Positions 34,757-44,686 of a stretch of DNA of 64,000 nt are shown one piece after another (within the stretch, counting starts at the first letter, position 1; the number at the start of each line of letters is the position of its first letter). The stretch is from a virus. The notes below the pieces were generated by a model. The model saw only the letters and a program-made list of their open reading frames with translations. It was not told where the DNA came from and did no database searches. The position numbers and the translations under genes were made by a program. The stretch lies in IMG/VR virus record IMGVR_UViG_3300024350_000006; one strand, 5' to 3'.

Positions 34757-35502
34757 CAATGACAGTAAAAAACTATATAGTAAATTCAGTAAGGCCCATA
34801 CGTAACGGCTGGATGCTGGAAAAAAATCGTGATCTCTACCTAGCCTACCAAAAAATGTCACAATACAGTCGAGCTAGCTATGAGCATTATGTGGAAGAGC
34901 CTTTTGAATACATACAGCTTACAGAAGAAGTAGACGATAATGATACTTACACTCTAGCTGTCTGGGAGGATATTAAACGTATCTGGAATCAGGAGCCCTG
35001 TAATATATTCTTTGCAGGTGCTGATACAATTATGATAAGACCCACCTCACTGTTTGGGGATAGATTTAAAGAGTATAGGATGTTTAACTATACAGATCCT
35101 AAAAGCGAAGGTGAATTCCAGCATTATTTTAATGATGATATACAGTATTATCCTCATACAATGAGTCGGACAGTCTGGGACCTAGGCGAACAACTATGGT
35201 CACAGAGAGTGGGTCATCCTTATCAACACTGGGGATTTGATCAGGTTAGGCATAATTATATGTTCTGGAGTCAGGATATACCAATGGAGGATAGATTCCA
35301 TCCTGAGTTGGCTTACCAAGCTATGAACCTAAGGGCACTAACAGAACAGGCCATTGCCTGGCATAATTCCTGGAACGGTATTGATATTAATGCAGCACAC
35401 ATACTACACTTCCACGCTAGTCGTGGCAGTCAACAAGTAATAGATCTTATGAAATATTTTTGCGACTATTTAGAAATTCCCTATGACAACTCCAACACTT
35501 GA
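34750..35502 (+). CDS. putative glycosyltransferase
   Basis: Within the sugar operon; ADT, FN.D, DQ, ILHFH pattern of GT-A-like enzymes. Confidence 0.55.
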   Translation: MVTMTVKNYIVNSVRPIRNGWMLEKNRDLYLAYQKMSQYSRASYEHYVEEPFEYIQLTEEVDDNDTYTLAVWEDIKRIWNQEPCNIFFAGADTIMIRPTSLFGDRFKEYRMFNYTDPKSEGEFQHYFNDDIQYYPHTMSRTVWDLGEQLWSQRVGHPYQHWGFDQVRHNYMFWSQDIPMEDRFHPELAYQAMNLRALTEQAIAWHNSWNGIDINAAHILHFHASRGSQQVIDLMKYFCDYLEIPYDNSNT

Positions 35503-36817
35503 TAAAATATTAGAATTAGTAGAACAACATTATAAAGAACGTCAGGAATCCCGTACCTGGACTGCGGGTCGAGATTTTGTAAACTATGCTGGCGCCTACT
35601 ACGATCAGGAGGAATATCTAGCAGGTGTCAAAAGCCTACTTAGTGGCTGGTTGGCAATGGGTAATGAAAGTTTAAAATTTGAACGACAGTTCCCCAAACA
35701 GTTTGGAAAAAAACTTGGTATAGTTACTAATTCAGGTAGCAGCAGTAACCTATTAATGATGGCAAGTCTTACCAGCAAACGTGGATACAATTTACCTAAA
35801 GGCACCAAGGTTCTTATGCCTATTGCAGGTTTTCCTACTACACTAAACCCTACATTGCAAATGGGTTTTACGCCAGTGTTTGTGGACATAGAGCTTGATA
35901 CTCTCAACCTAGATCTTGATCAGGTGGAGGCTGCACTTAAACAAAATCCTGATATTAGAGTCATTACCTTTGCGCACGTACTGGGAAATCCTCCCAATAT
36001 GGATAGAGTAATGGAAATAGTTAAAAAATATGATCTTATTCTATTAGAAGATTGCTGCGATGCTCTAGGAAGTACCTATAGAGAGAAACCACTGGGTAGT
36101 TATGGTCTTATGGCTAGTTGTAGTTTTTATCCTGCTCACCATATGACTATGGGCGAAGGTGGTTATGTAGCCACTGATGATCCCGAACAAGATATTATTT
36201 TAAGAAGTTTTAGAGAATGGGGTCGCGGCTGTTATTGTGTGGGACCTGAAGCTAATAAACTAAAATGTGGCACTTGTGGAACTAGATTTAAAAATTGGAT
36301 ACCCACTATGCCGGATGAAATTTTTGATCACAAATATGTATATGATGAGATTGGATACAATCTTAAGCCAATCGAACTACAGTGTGCAATGGGCATCAAA
36401 CAACTGGATAAGTTGCCGGAAATACACGCACTACGTAGACGAAACTACCAACTATTATTTTCCATATACGAGAAATATGAAGAATATTTTCATCTTCCTA
36501 GAGCTCAGGAACACAGCGACCCCAGCTGGTTTGCTTTTCCACTAACAGTAAGATCAAACGCTCCGTTTACTCGTGCGGATATAGTTGACTACCTGGAAGA
36601 AAAATTGATTCAGACTAGACCCTACTTCGCTGGTAACATTATGTTGCAACCAGCTTACAGTCATTTAATGGATCAAAATTTAGCAAAAAATAATTTCCCC
36701 AATGCAACACTAGCAATGACCAACACCTACTTCCACGGCACTAGCCCGGTAATCACTCCCGAGCAGATTGCCTATATTGGAGAAGTAGTAGACGGATTTA
36801 TGAGTCTGTTCAATTAA
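35483..36817 (+). CDS. rfbH: CDP-4-keto-6-deoxyglucose 3-dehydrase (RfbH/DdhC)
   Basis: NSGSSSNL, EDCCDALGS, SFYPAHHMTMGEGG (His replaces Lys), WGRGCYC...CG, DHKY. Confidence 0.9.
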   Translation: MTTPTLDKILELVEQHYKERQESRTWTAGRDFVNYAGAYYDQEEYLAGVKSLLSGWLAMGNESLKFERQFPKQFGKKLGIVTNSGSSSNLLMMASLTSKRGYNLPKGTKVLMPIAGFPTTLNPTLQMGFTPVFVDIELDTLNLDLDQVEAALKQNPDIRVITFAHVLGNPPNMDRVMEIVKKYDLILLEDCCDALGSTYREKPLGSYGLMASCSFYPAHHMTMGEGGYVATDDPEQDIILRSFREWGRGCYCVGPEANKLKCGTCGTRFKNWIPTMPDEIFDHKYVYDEIGYNLKPIELQCAMGIKQLDKLPEIHALRRRNYQLLFSIYEKYEEYFHLPRAQEHSDPSWFAFPLTVRSNAPFTRADIVDYLEEKLIQTRPYFAGNIMLQPAYSHLMDQNLAKNNFPNATLAMTNTYFHGTSPVITPEQIAYIGEVVDGFMSLFN

Positions 36818-36832
36818 TTACAGAGGAACACT

Positions 36833-38593
36833 ATGAGAGGCGATCAATACGTAGCACAATTTTTAAAAGCAATTAATAGCAACAAGGTATTTTTAGTACA
36901 GGGCGGAGCTTGTGCCTTTATGCTAGATGCAGTGGGCGAAACACCTGGAATGAGTTATGTGGCCTTCCAGCACGAACAGGCAGCGGCTATGGCGGCTGAT
37001 GCACTCTGGCGAACCAGCGGCCAGCTGGGGGTGACATTCTGCACCAGCGGACCAGGCGCAAGTAATCTATTAACAGGCATCGCCTGCGGCTACTACGATA
37101 GCATACCCAGCCTACATATCTGTGGTCAGGTGAACGGTAAAGAGGTAGCACAGTATAAAGGTGCCAAAGTAAGACAGGCTGGATTCCAGCAGATGGACAT
37201 TGTAAGTATGGCCAAGCCTGTATGTAACTATGCCGTGGCAGTGACCAAGGCCAGTGAGCTACCACTTGCTCTTAAAACTGCTGTGGAACAGGCGTTTACT
37301 GGCAGAATGGGACCAGTGTTAGTGGACATTCCTATGGACATACAGACGGAAGACATAGGCACAGATGAAATATTGTTACCAGAAATTAAAGTTCCCAGTA
37401 TTGCAGATGATCAAACACAAATTATTGCTAATAGCGTAAATGAATTTTTCCAGTCAGGTCAAAGGCCCTTGGTTGTATTAGGAGCTGGTGTTGAACTAGC
37501 AGGCAGACAACAAGAGATGGTAGACTGGTTACAGAAAACTCGAACACCGTTCGTGGCCAGCTGGAGTGCTCTAAATATTTTTGATCATAGTATGCCTAAC
37601 TATCTAGGTCATTTTGGTGTCTACGGTAACCGTGGTGGTAACTATGTAATACAAAACGCAGATCGCATTCTGGTATTAGGCAGCAGACTGGATAATCGTC
37701 AGACTTCAGGCAACGTGGATAATTTTGCGCCCAGTGCTAAACTAATGGCCCTGGATATTGACGGCGAAGAATTAATAAAGTATCCTGATAGATTTACAGG
37801 TATACAAGTTAACCTTACACACCTTGATAAAATTTTACCTAATGTTGCTGCGCCAGAAGCTAGTTCAGACTGGCTGGAATATACTAATAGAATTAGAGAA
37901 AAATATCTAAACACCGATATTAGTCAGGAAAGTGAAAAATATAACAGTCTTAATCCCTACAGTGTAGTTAGAAAGATAACTAGTCTGCTTGATGATGATG
38001 CGCACATCTTTGCTGATGCTGGTGCCAACCACGTTTGGCTCTATCAGATGTGGAATCGTAAAGGTAGACAAAAATTATTTACTAGTAGCGGTCACTATGC
38101 AATGGGTTACAGTCTACCTGCTGCTATTGGTAGCCTAATAGGAAATCCTGAAGTTCAGGCAGTCAGTTTTAATGGTGATGGTGGTGTACAGATGAACATA
38201 CAGGAACTACAGACTGCAAGAGAATATGGTCTAGACATCAAAGTGGTGGTATTTAATAACCAGGGTCTGGGTATGATACGTCAATTCCAGAATAGTTATA
38301 TGGGTGGACGCCATCACGCCACCACACAGGGTCAGGGACCAGGTGTTCCTGATTTTGAAAAACTAGCTGCCGCCTACGGTATGAAATATACCAAGGTTGT
38401 GGACCTTAAGCAATTAGACAGTGACTTATTCCAGCAAGGTTCAAGATTAATAGAATGTGTGATTGACCAACGAGTGCTTATTGAACCCAAATTGGAAATG
38501 GGAAGACCAATTAATGATCAGTTCCCCTACGTCACTGACGAAGAATTTTTAGAAAACAACCAATTTGTGGAATACACCCACAGAAAAAAATAA
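36833..38593 (+). CDS. ThDP-dependent enzyme (acetolactate synthase/YerE-like)
   Basis: HEQAAAMAA, TSGPG, GDGG...NN ThDP motif. Confidence 0.88.
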   Translation: MRGDQYVAQFLKAINSNKVFLVQGGACAFMLDAVGETPGMSYVAFQHEQAAAMAADALWRTSGQLGVTFCTSGPGASNLLTGIACGYYDSIPSLHICGQVNGKEVAQYKGAKVRQAGFQQMDIVSMAKPVCNYAVAVTKASELPLALKTAVEQAFTGRMGPVLVDIPMDIQTEDIGTDEILLPEIKVPSIADDQTQIIANSVNEFFQSGQRPLVVLGAGVELAGRQQEMVDWLQKTRTPFVASWSALNIFDHSMPNYLGHFGVYGNRGGNYVIQNADRILVLGSRLDNRQTSGNVDNFAPSAKLMALDIDGEELIKYPDRFTGIQVNLTHLDKILPNVAAPEASSDWLEYTNRIREKYLNTDISQESEKYNSLNPYSVVRKITSLLDDDAHIFADAGANHVWLYQMWNRKGRQKLFTSSGHYAMGYSLPAAIGSLIGNPEVQAVSFNGDGGVQMNIQELQTAREYGLDIKVVVFNNQGLGMIRQFQNSYMGGRHHATTQGQGPGVPDFEKLAAAYGMKYTKVVDLKQLDSDLFQQGSRLIECVIDQRVLIEPKLEMGRPINDQFPYVTDEEFLENNQFVEYTHRKK

Positions 38594-38669
38594 ACTGAAG
38601 AAATTTCCACTTGCAGTATTGATACTTCTATGTTAATATAGGGGTATCAATCACTTATGGGATTTTTCT

Positions 38670-38828
38670 ATGTTTGAATCTATCGAAATTCGCAAAGCAG
38701 CCAACGGTTTTATTCTAGTAGTGCATACAGAAGATGAAGATCTTGAATACGTTTATGATAGCAGCCGCAAGGCAATGCGAGTAATTAAACAGTATATTGA
38801 AGCTGATACTACTAAAAATTCAGATTAA
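38670..38828 (+). CDS. small hypothetical protein (52 aa)
   Basis: MFESIEIRKAANGFILVV... Confidence 0.6.
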   Translation: MFESIEIRKAANGFILVVHTEDEDLEYVYDSSRKAMRVIKQYIEADTTKNSD

Positions 38829-38944
38829 TAATTTATTAACGTTGCAAATTAAGCAACTTAGTTAATAAAATGTTAACAGTTGACTTTAACCCCGGGTTCC
38901 TGTATTATTACGAAATAAACTAATAACTACCAAGGAGCCTAACT

Positions 38945-39967
38945 ATGAAACCCATTGTGGAAATTATTGCTGGCAGCTATCGCGATCAAGACTGTACTGG
39001 TATGCAGTTTGAACTAAAACAGCCCTTTACCAACACAGGCAAAAACGCATTTATTGCTGTCAAAAATGATGGACAGATTCCCGGCGGTCCAAAAGTGATC
39101 CGCATTAATGTTAAAGGTCCTATGGACTATCAATTTACAAATGGTAATTTTGTTGTAGAAGACAACACCAAGCCCACACAGGCTGCACCAGCTGAGACAG
39201 ACCAAGAAGCAATAGCTCGTATTCGCGAACGTTTTGAAATCCTGCACGAAATGACCAAGGCTGCTACTAACGGCGACATTCGTGCTATGATTGTAAGTGG
39301 TCCTCCTGGTGTTGGTAAGAGCTTTGGTGTTGAGCAAGAAATTGAAAAAGCCCAACTTATAGATCAACTTGCTGGACGTCGCCTACGTGCAGAGGTAGTA
39401 AAAGGCAGTGCCAGCCCAATTGGTCTGTATCAAACTCTCTACAAGTATTCAGATTCGAACTGTGTTATCGTGTTTGATGATTGCGACAGTATCCTACTAG
39501 ACGACGTCGCACTTAACTTGCTTAAAGGTGCTCTGGATTCCGGTAAGAAGCGCAAGATCAGCTGGTTGAGCGAGAGCCGTGTACTCAAGGACGAGGGTAT
39601 CCCCTCAACCTTTGATTTTAAAGGCAGTGTTATCTTTATCACTAACCTTAAGTTTGACAAGATGAAATCGCAAAAACTGCGTGATCACTTGGATGCACTG
39701 CAATCACGTTGCCACTATCTGGATCTTACCCTGGATACTCAGCGTGACAAAATCCTGCGTATTAAGCAGATTGCAGGTGACGGTGTATTGTTTGATGGTT
39801 ATGATTTCAGCAAAGATGAACAGGAAGAAATCATTGAGTATATGGATGAAACCAAGGACAATCTGCGCGAACTAAGTCTGCGTATGGCTCTCAAGATTGC
39901 TGACCTCCGCAAGAGCTTCCCTAATAAATGGAAGGCAATGGCTAATACTACCTGTGTCAAGGTATAA
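38945..39967 (+). CDS. P-loop AAA-type ATPase
   Basis: GPPGVGKS, VFDDCD, IFITN, SR. Confidence 0.88.
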   Translation: MKPIVEIIAGSYRDQDCTGMQFELKQPFTNTGKNAFIAVKNDGQIPGGPKVIRINVKGPMDYQFTNGNFVVEDNTKPTQAAPAETDQEAIARIRERFEILHEMTKAATNGDIRAMIVSGPPGVGKSFGVEQEIEKAQLIDQLAGRRLRAEVVKGSASPIGLYQTLYKYSDSNCVIVFDDCDSILLDDVALNLLKGALDSGKKRKISWLSESRVLKDEGIPSTFDFKGSVIFITNLKFDKMKSQKLRDHLDALQSRCHYLDLTLDTQRDKILRIKQIAGDGVLFDGYDFSKDEQEEIIEYMDETKDNLRELSLRMALKIADLRKSFPNKWKAMANTTCVKV

Positions 39968-39968
39968 T

Positions 39969-40166
39969 ATGGCAACAGATTCTCTTTTGTTAACAAAAGA
40001 ACAAATAAAAAAGATGGCCCAGCTTGTGGAACGATTTCCTGAGATAGATGATTATACTCTGGAAATAGATAACAGCTCGGGTATTGGGCCAAGCTACACA
40101 ATTAAGTTTTCTTTATATCTGGACGATGATTTTAGGGTAGATATTACAGATGTCACAACCTGGTAA
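39969..40166 (+). CDS. hypothetical protein
   Basis: SSGIG...DITDVTTW. Confidence 0.65.
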   Translation: MATDSLLLTKEQIKKMAQLVERFPEIDDYTLEIDNSSGIGPSYTIKFSLYLDDDFRVDITDVTTW

Positions 40167-40341
40167 AATATCGAGAGACAGATTGGATCAAATCCTAATG
40201 TCTATGCTAGGCAGCAAGGATCTAGTAGAACGTTGGTGGACCACGCCCAATAGGGCTTTTGAAATGCAACCGCCTGAACTAGCTGATCCTGCATTAGTAA
40301 AAGATTATATCATCTGGCACGCCTACTGTGCGGGTGGTTAG
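40150..40341 (+). CDS. hypothetical protein (Xre/MbcA antitoxin C-terminal-like)
   Basis: RWWTTPNRAFEMQPP. Confidence 0.5.
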   Translation: MSQPGKISRDRLDQILMSMLGSKDLVERWWTTPNRAFEMQPPELADPALVKDYIIWHAYCAGG

Positions 40342-40401
40342 GTTTCAGACCTAAAGGTCTGGGTCTGCTGATTTTCAGTTAGCTCCTGCGGCGGACCTTA
40401 C

Positions 40402-40433
40402 AAACCCTGTCTAAATTAGACAGGGTTTTTTTT
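40402..40433 (+). terminator. intrinsic terminator
   Basis: AAACCCTGTCTAA / TTAGACAGGGTTT plus T8. Confidence 0.85.
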
Positions 40434-40465
40434 GACTTGTAAATCTAGATGTTGTATAATGAATT

Positions 40466-41548
40466 ATGAAAAATACATTTCCCTACGTTGAGCATTATAT
40501 CGAATTTTTGGGCGGGTATCGTGATGCCAGCGGCGCACTCTACGGTCTGTTCAATCAACAGCAACCTCCCATAAATCTGGCCCGGTACGACGTTAATATT
40601 GTTGAGAGCCTAGCTTGTCAGACTTCGGAAACAAAACTAGGTTACACTGACCGTCAGGCTGATCTAGCTAGGAAACTGGTCAGCAAGTACAAAAAACAAT
40701 TAAGTAACCTACCTACTCCTATAATTGCCCCAGGACTGGAAGAAACTCTAGATTACAGAATGCCCATACGTCAGATTGATCGTAGACGTAGAGTTTTCAT
40801 AGAACAAGATAAATTTATTTTAAAGTTTCCCTTTGACAGCGAACTAATCAACGCTCTTAAGAAACAACTCAAAGAAGGTCAAGGCACAGGTAAATGGAAC
40901 GACGAGGAAAAGACCTGGGCCCTTGGTATGACTGAAAGTACTCTTAACTGGATCTTGGCTGTCAAAGACATATATAACTTTGAGACTAGTGATGACATAG
41001 ATAAACTAGCACAGGCTATGCTAGAACGCGAACGCACACCCTACAAACTAGAACTTAGACTAGTAAATGATAAACTAGTGATTACTAATGCTGCCACTAG
41101 TCTAATAGAATATATAAACGAAAACCTAGGAGGGCTAGACTTGAATAATCTAGTTAGGTTGGTGGATTATAGCAGTGTGCTAGGCTACTCTGTGGATACT
41201 AGCCTAGTAGAAAGATTAAATATTGACAAGGAGTTTATACCCTGGTTAGTCAATAAAACAATCAAGCTTGATAAAGACCTAGAAGAAGCACAGGCACTTG
41301 ACAAAGTTATAGAATATGCTAGACTGACTAATAGATTGCCAGTGTATCTTTACCAAGGACAGACCAAGATTAAAAAGAACACAGATGGTAAAGACTTGGT
41401 CTACCTGGACAGAGATAGCGAAGCCACTATAGAGCCTAGATTGCTAGTTACTACCACTACCTTTATGATAGGCCACAAACGTGCTCGTTGGTTACAGAGC
41501 GCAGAAAAGATTGCCATAATAAACAATGCAAGCCACACTACAGATTAA
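40466..41548 (+). CDS. hypothetical protein
   Basis: 360 aa ORF coupled to the helicase. Confidence 0.75.
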   Translation: MKNTFPYVEHYIEFLGGYRDASGALYGLFNQQQPPINLARYDVNIVESLACQTSETKLGYTDRQADLARKLVSKYKKQLSNLPTPIIAPGLEETLDYRMPIRQIDRRRRVFIEQDKFILKFPFDSELINALKKQLKEGQGTGKWNDEEKTWALGMTESTLNWILAVKDIYNFETSDDIDKLAQAMLERERTPYKLELRLVNDKLVITNAATSLIEYINENLGGLDLNNLVRLVDYSSVLGYSVDTSLVERLNIDKEFIPWLVNKTIKLDKDLEEAQALDKVIEYARLTNRLPVYLYQGQTKIKKNTDGKDLVYLDRDSEATIEPRLLVTTTTFMIGHKRARWLQSAEKIAIINNASHTTD

Positions 41549-43037
41549 CGACGAAGTAAATGTAAAAATACAGGGACTAGATCTTAAACATAGAAAATAT
41601 CTTTCGGACAAGTACAAGTTCGAAATTCCCGGTGCCAGGTATCTCCCTGTGGTACGTCTAGGACGCTGGGATGGCAAGGTAAGTTATTTTCAGTTAGGTG
41701 GCACTACCTACATTAACTTACTGCCCGAGATACTGCCCTATCTAGATGATCAGGGCTATGATATTGAAATCAATGACACTAGAGAATACAATACTAAGTT
41801 CAACTTTCCCAGATTTGATAGTGATACCTTTGCCAACAAAACCTGGCCTCAGGGTCATCCACAGGCCGGACAGCCCATAACCTTCCGCGACTATCAAGTA
41901 GAAATAATCAATAACTTTTTAGAAAATCCACAGAGTGTTCAGGAGATAGCTACAGGTGCTGGCAAGACCTTGATCACTGCTGCTCTCAGTAAGACGGTGG
42001 AATCGCAAGGGCGCAGCATTGTCATTGTGCCCAATAAAAGTCTAGTAGCACAGACCGAGGCAGATTACATTAATCTAGGTCTTGATGTAGGAGTCTATTA
42101 CGGAGAAAGAAAAGAACTAGCACACAGGCACGTTATCTGTACCTGGCAGAGTATCAATGTTCTAATTAAAAATAGTCAGGGTAGAAATGCTGAAGACGAA
42201 CCAGCGAGCCTTAGGTTACTTAAAGATCCCAAAGACTATCTAATAGATGATCTAGCACAAGATGTTGTTTTAGTTATGGTTGATGAAGTACATCAAGCTA
42301 AAGCAGAAGTCCTCAAACAACTTCTTTCTGGTGTTTTTAGTCGTGTGCCTCTACGCTGGGGACTGACTGGTACTATACCCAAAGAAGATTTCGCTCGTGT
42401 AAGTATTCTATGTACACTGGGGCCAGTGGTGGGTCGTCTTAGTGCAAGTGAGCTACAGGAAGCAGGGCATCTAGCTGACTGCCACGTGAATATATTACAA
42501 TTACAGGATTACGCAGAGTATTCGGATTATAAATCCGAACTAAATTATCTTACTACTGATACAGCTCGTATTAAATTTTTGTCTGAATTAATCAATAACA
42601 TAAAAGACACTGGCAATAGTCTTGTATTAGTGGACAGAATAGAATCCGGCCGGGGAATAGTGGAAGCACTAAATATGCTGACCCCTGATTCAGCAGTGTT
42701 TGTTTCAGGATCCACTAAATCTAAAACTCGACAAGCTGAATATGATGAAATTGCGACTGCTACTAACAAGATTATTGTGGCGACTTATGGTGTGGCCGCT
42801 GTGGGTATTAATATCCCTCGTATTTTTAATCTGGTTCTTCTGGAACCCGGAAAGAGCTTTGTACGTGTTATACAGAGTATTGGGCGAGGCATTAGACGAG
42901 CTGAGGACAAAGACTTCGTCCAAATCTGGGACTTGACCAGCAGTTGTAGATTTGCCAAACGCCATCTAACACAACGTAAAAAGTTTTACACTGAAGCTAA
43001 CTACCCCTATACCTTTGAAAGAGTGGAATGGAAATAG
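41526..43037 (+). CDS. uvsW: SF2 DNA helicase UvsW
   Basis: RDYQ, ATGAGKT, DEVH, LTGT, QSIGRGIR. Confidence 0.92.
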   Translation: MQATLQINDEVNVKIQGLDLKHRKYLSDKYKFEIPGARYLPVVRLGRWDGKVSYFQLGGTTYINLLPEILPYLDDQGYDIEINDTREYNTKFNFPRFDSDTFANKTWPQGHPQAGQPITFRDYQVEIINNFLENPQSVQEIATGAGKTLITAALSKTVESQGRSIVIVPNKSLVAQTEADYINLGLDVGVYYGERKELAHRHVICTWQSINVLIKNSQGRNAEDEPASLRLLKDPKDYLIDDLAQDVVLVMVDEVHQAKAEVLKQLLSGVFSRVPLRWGLTGTIPKEDFARVSILCTLGPVVGRLSASELQEAGHLADCHVNILQLQDYAEYSDYKSELNYLTTDTARIKFLSELINNIKDTGNSLVLVDRIESGRGIVEALNMLTPDSAVFVSGSTKSKTRQAEYDEIATATNKIIVATYGVAAVGINIPRIFNLVLLEPGKSFVRVIQSIGRGIRRAEDKDFVQIWDLTSSCRFAKRHLTQRKKFYTEANYPYTFERVEWK

Positions 43038-43071
43038 CTCTTTTAAATTTAAGCAATACACGGAGAATAAT

Positions 43072-43578
43072 TTGAGAATATTACAACTAGACACTAATGC
43101 AGCCTACAGCCTTAATGAAATACCTGAAGAAATTGATGATGTAAGATTCTGTGTTCTAGATAATTCTGATCCTCGTAATCCCGATTATTATTATATTCCG
43201 CTAATTTTTCTAGAAAGTTTTAATGCACCAGCTCTGGTGCTTCGTATAGGCGAGAATGAAATAAAAATGCCAGTTGACTGGCAGATATTAATTGGCGAAC
43301 CTGATCTGGGAGATCTAGAAGTTGTGCCTCTAACTAGTATAAACGATCGAGGATTTAGCGTGTTCACCTTCAATCCCATCAAGAGTTTTAGGCCGGAATT
43401 TAAACCAGTAGAAGTAATGGATATCTATCAGGATGTAAAATGGTATTTTCCTAAACTTAAACCTGGACAGATGTTGGCAGTGCCCTTGGAAACTGGTGTG
43501 GAAAGTCCACTCTGTGCTTTCTTTGTCAAGGATATAAGTAGGCAGAGTGAGATCGTTAATTATAGTAAGGTATGGTGA
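43072..43578 (+). CDS. hypothetical phage protein
   Basis: Open ORF, probable TTG start after a GGAG RBS. Confidence 0.7.
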   Translation: MRILQLDTNAAYSLNEIPEEIDDVRFCVLDNSDPRNPDYYYIPLIFLESFNAPALVLRIGENEIKMPVDWQILIGEPDLGDLEVVPLTSINDRGFSVFTFNPIKSFRPEFKPVEVMDIYQDVKWYFPKLKPGQMLAVPLETGVESPLCAFFVKDISRQSEIVNYSKVW

Positions 43579-43579
43579 T

Positions 43580-43735
43580 ATGAGTAAACTAAGCGAACAG
43601 GAATGGCTAGAACGTGTACGTAAAGCTTCTGAACAATATACTTTATCTTTAACTGACGAGGAAGCAAAATATAATTCAGCTAGAGATTTTGTTAGATGGT
43701 TATACGAGCAATGGGGCTATGAATACCGTGGGTAG
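43580..43735 (+). CDS. hypothetical protein
   Basis: Coupled small ORF. Confidence 0.5.
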   Translation: MSKLSEQEWLERVRKASEQYTLSLTDEEAKYNSARDFVRWLYEQWGYEYRG

Positions 43736-43979
43736 TCTTAAACCGGGTGTCACTTACATTTATGAACGAGTGGGTGGGAGAACCTATGCTCGTGAGATGG
43801 GTTCCAAGGAGCGTGTACTAATAGGTGAAGAATACGCACTAAAAATTAATCGCCGAAGAATGGAACTTACTGACGAATGGATGCCTATATTAGAACAAGC
43901 AGACACCAATCCTGCTTTACAAGAAGCATTGGATCGTGTTAAAGTAATATATGAACTTACAAGGCAACACAACACCTGA
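43719..43979 (+). CDS. hypothetical protein
   Basis: LKPGVTYIYER..G.TYARE. Confidence 0.65.
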   Translation: MNTVGSLKPGVTYIYERVGGRTYAREMGSKERVLIGEEYALKINRRRMELTDEWMPILEQADTNPALQEALDRVKVIYELTRQHNT

Positions 43980-44226
43980 TAGTCTGGTCACTGACTTTTG
44001 GGATTATCGTCTAGAACGTGACAAATTTTGGACTAGGCTACGTATTTTTCGAGAGGATGCAGTCAAACAAGATCCTGATCTAGAAAATTTAACCAAACTG
44101 CAAGTCTTGTTAGAACAAAATTATGGTGTCAGGATACATTTAAATGATGCAGGATATATTCTACCTAGTTATGACATCGTGGACGAAGCAAGCTTTACTA
44201 TGTTTCTATTAAAATATGACCGATAA
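43951..44226 (+). CDS. hypothetical protein
   Basis: ends in MFLLKY. Confidence 0.6.
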   Translation: MNLQGNTTPDSLVTDFWDYRLERDKFWTRLRIFREDAVKQDPDLENLTKLQVLLEQNYGVRIHLNDAGYILPSYDIVDEASFTMFLLKYDR

Positions 44227-44686
44227 ATTAAGTATACAAAATGAAATGCGTCAGTTCGATTCCAAGAACAGAGATTTCTGGGACGAACTCACAGATGAGG
44301 AGCGGAAAAAGTTTAGCCCTTTTCTAATGATACGCTGGGGTGCTGGAGTAGAAGGCGGCGCAGATATGCAGGAATGGTATATACGTGCTGTCAATGAAAG
44401 ACTTAATCATAACTTCTTTGAGTTAAGTAAACATCCTAAATTACAATGGCTACTAGCAACCACAGTTAGCCCGGGACTGGGCTCACAACGGCACTACTGG
44501 CAGTCCACAAAAAAACGTGAAGGCACCACCAACAGTAAACTAGTAAAATTCTTGGCTAATCTTCGTCCTGATTTAAAACAAGATGATGTTGAATTGTTGG
44601 CGTCGCTCAATGACATTAAAACTGTAAAAGAATGGGCTAGAAATGCAGGCTACTCAGAACAGGACATTAAACGCGAACTTGGCTGA
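44216..44686 (+). CDS. putative clamp loader small subunit (gp62-like)
   Basis: FSPFLMIRW...N...HPKLQW resembles T4 gp62; replication context. Confidence 0.55.
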   Translation: MTDKLSIQNEMRQFDSKNRDFWDELTDEERKKFSPFLMIRWGAGVEGGADMQEWYIRAVNERLNHNFFELSKHPKLQWLLATTVSPGLGSQRHYWQSTKKREGTTNSKLVKFLANLRPDLKQDDVELLASLNDIKTVKEWARNAGYSEQDIKRELG

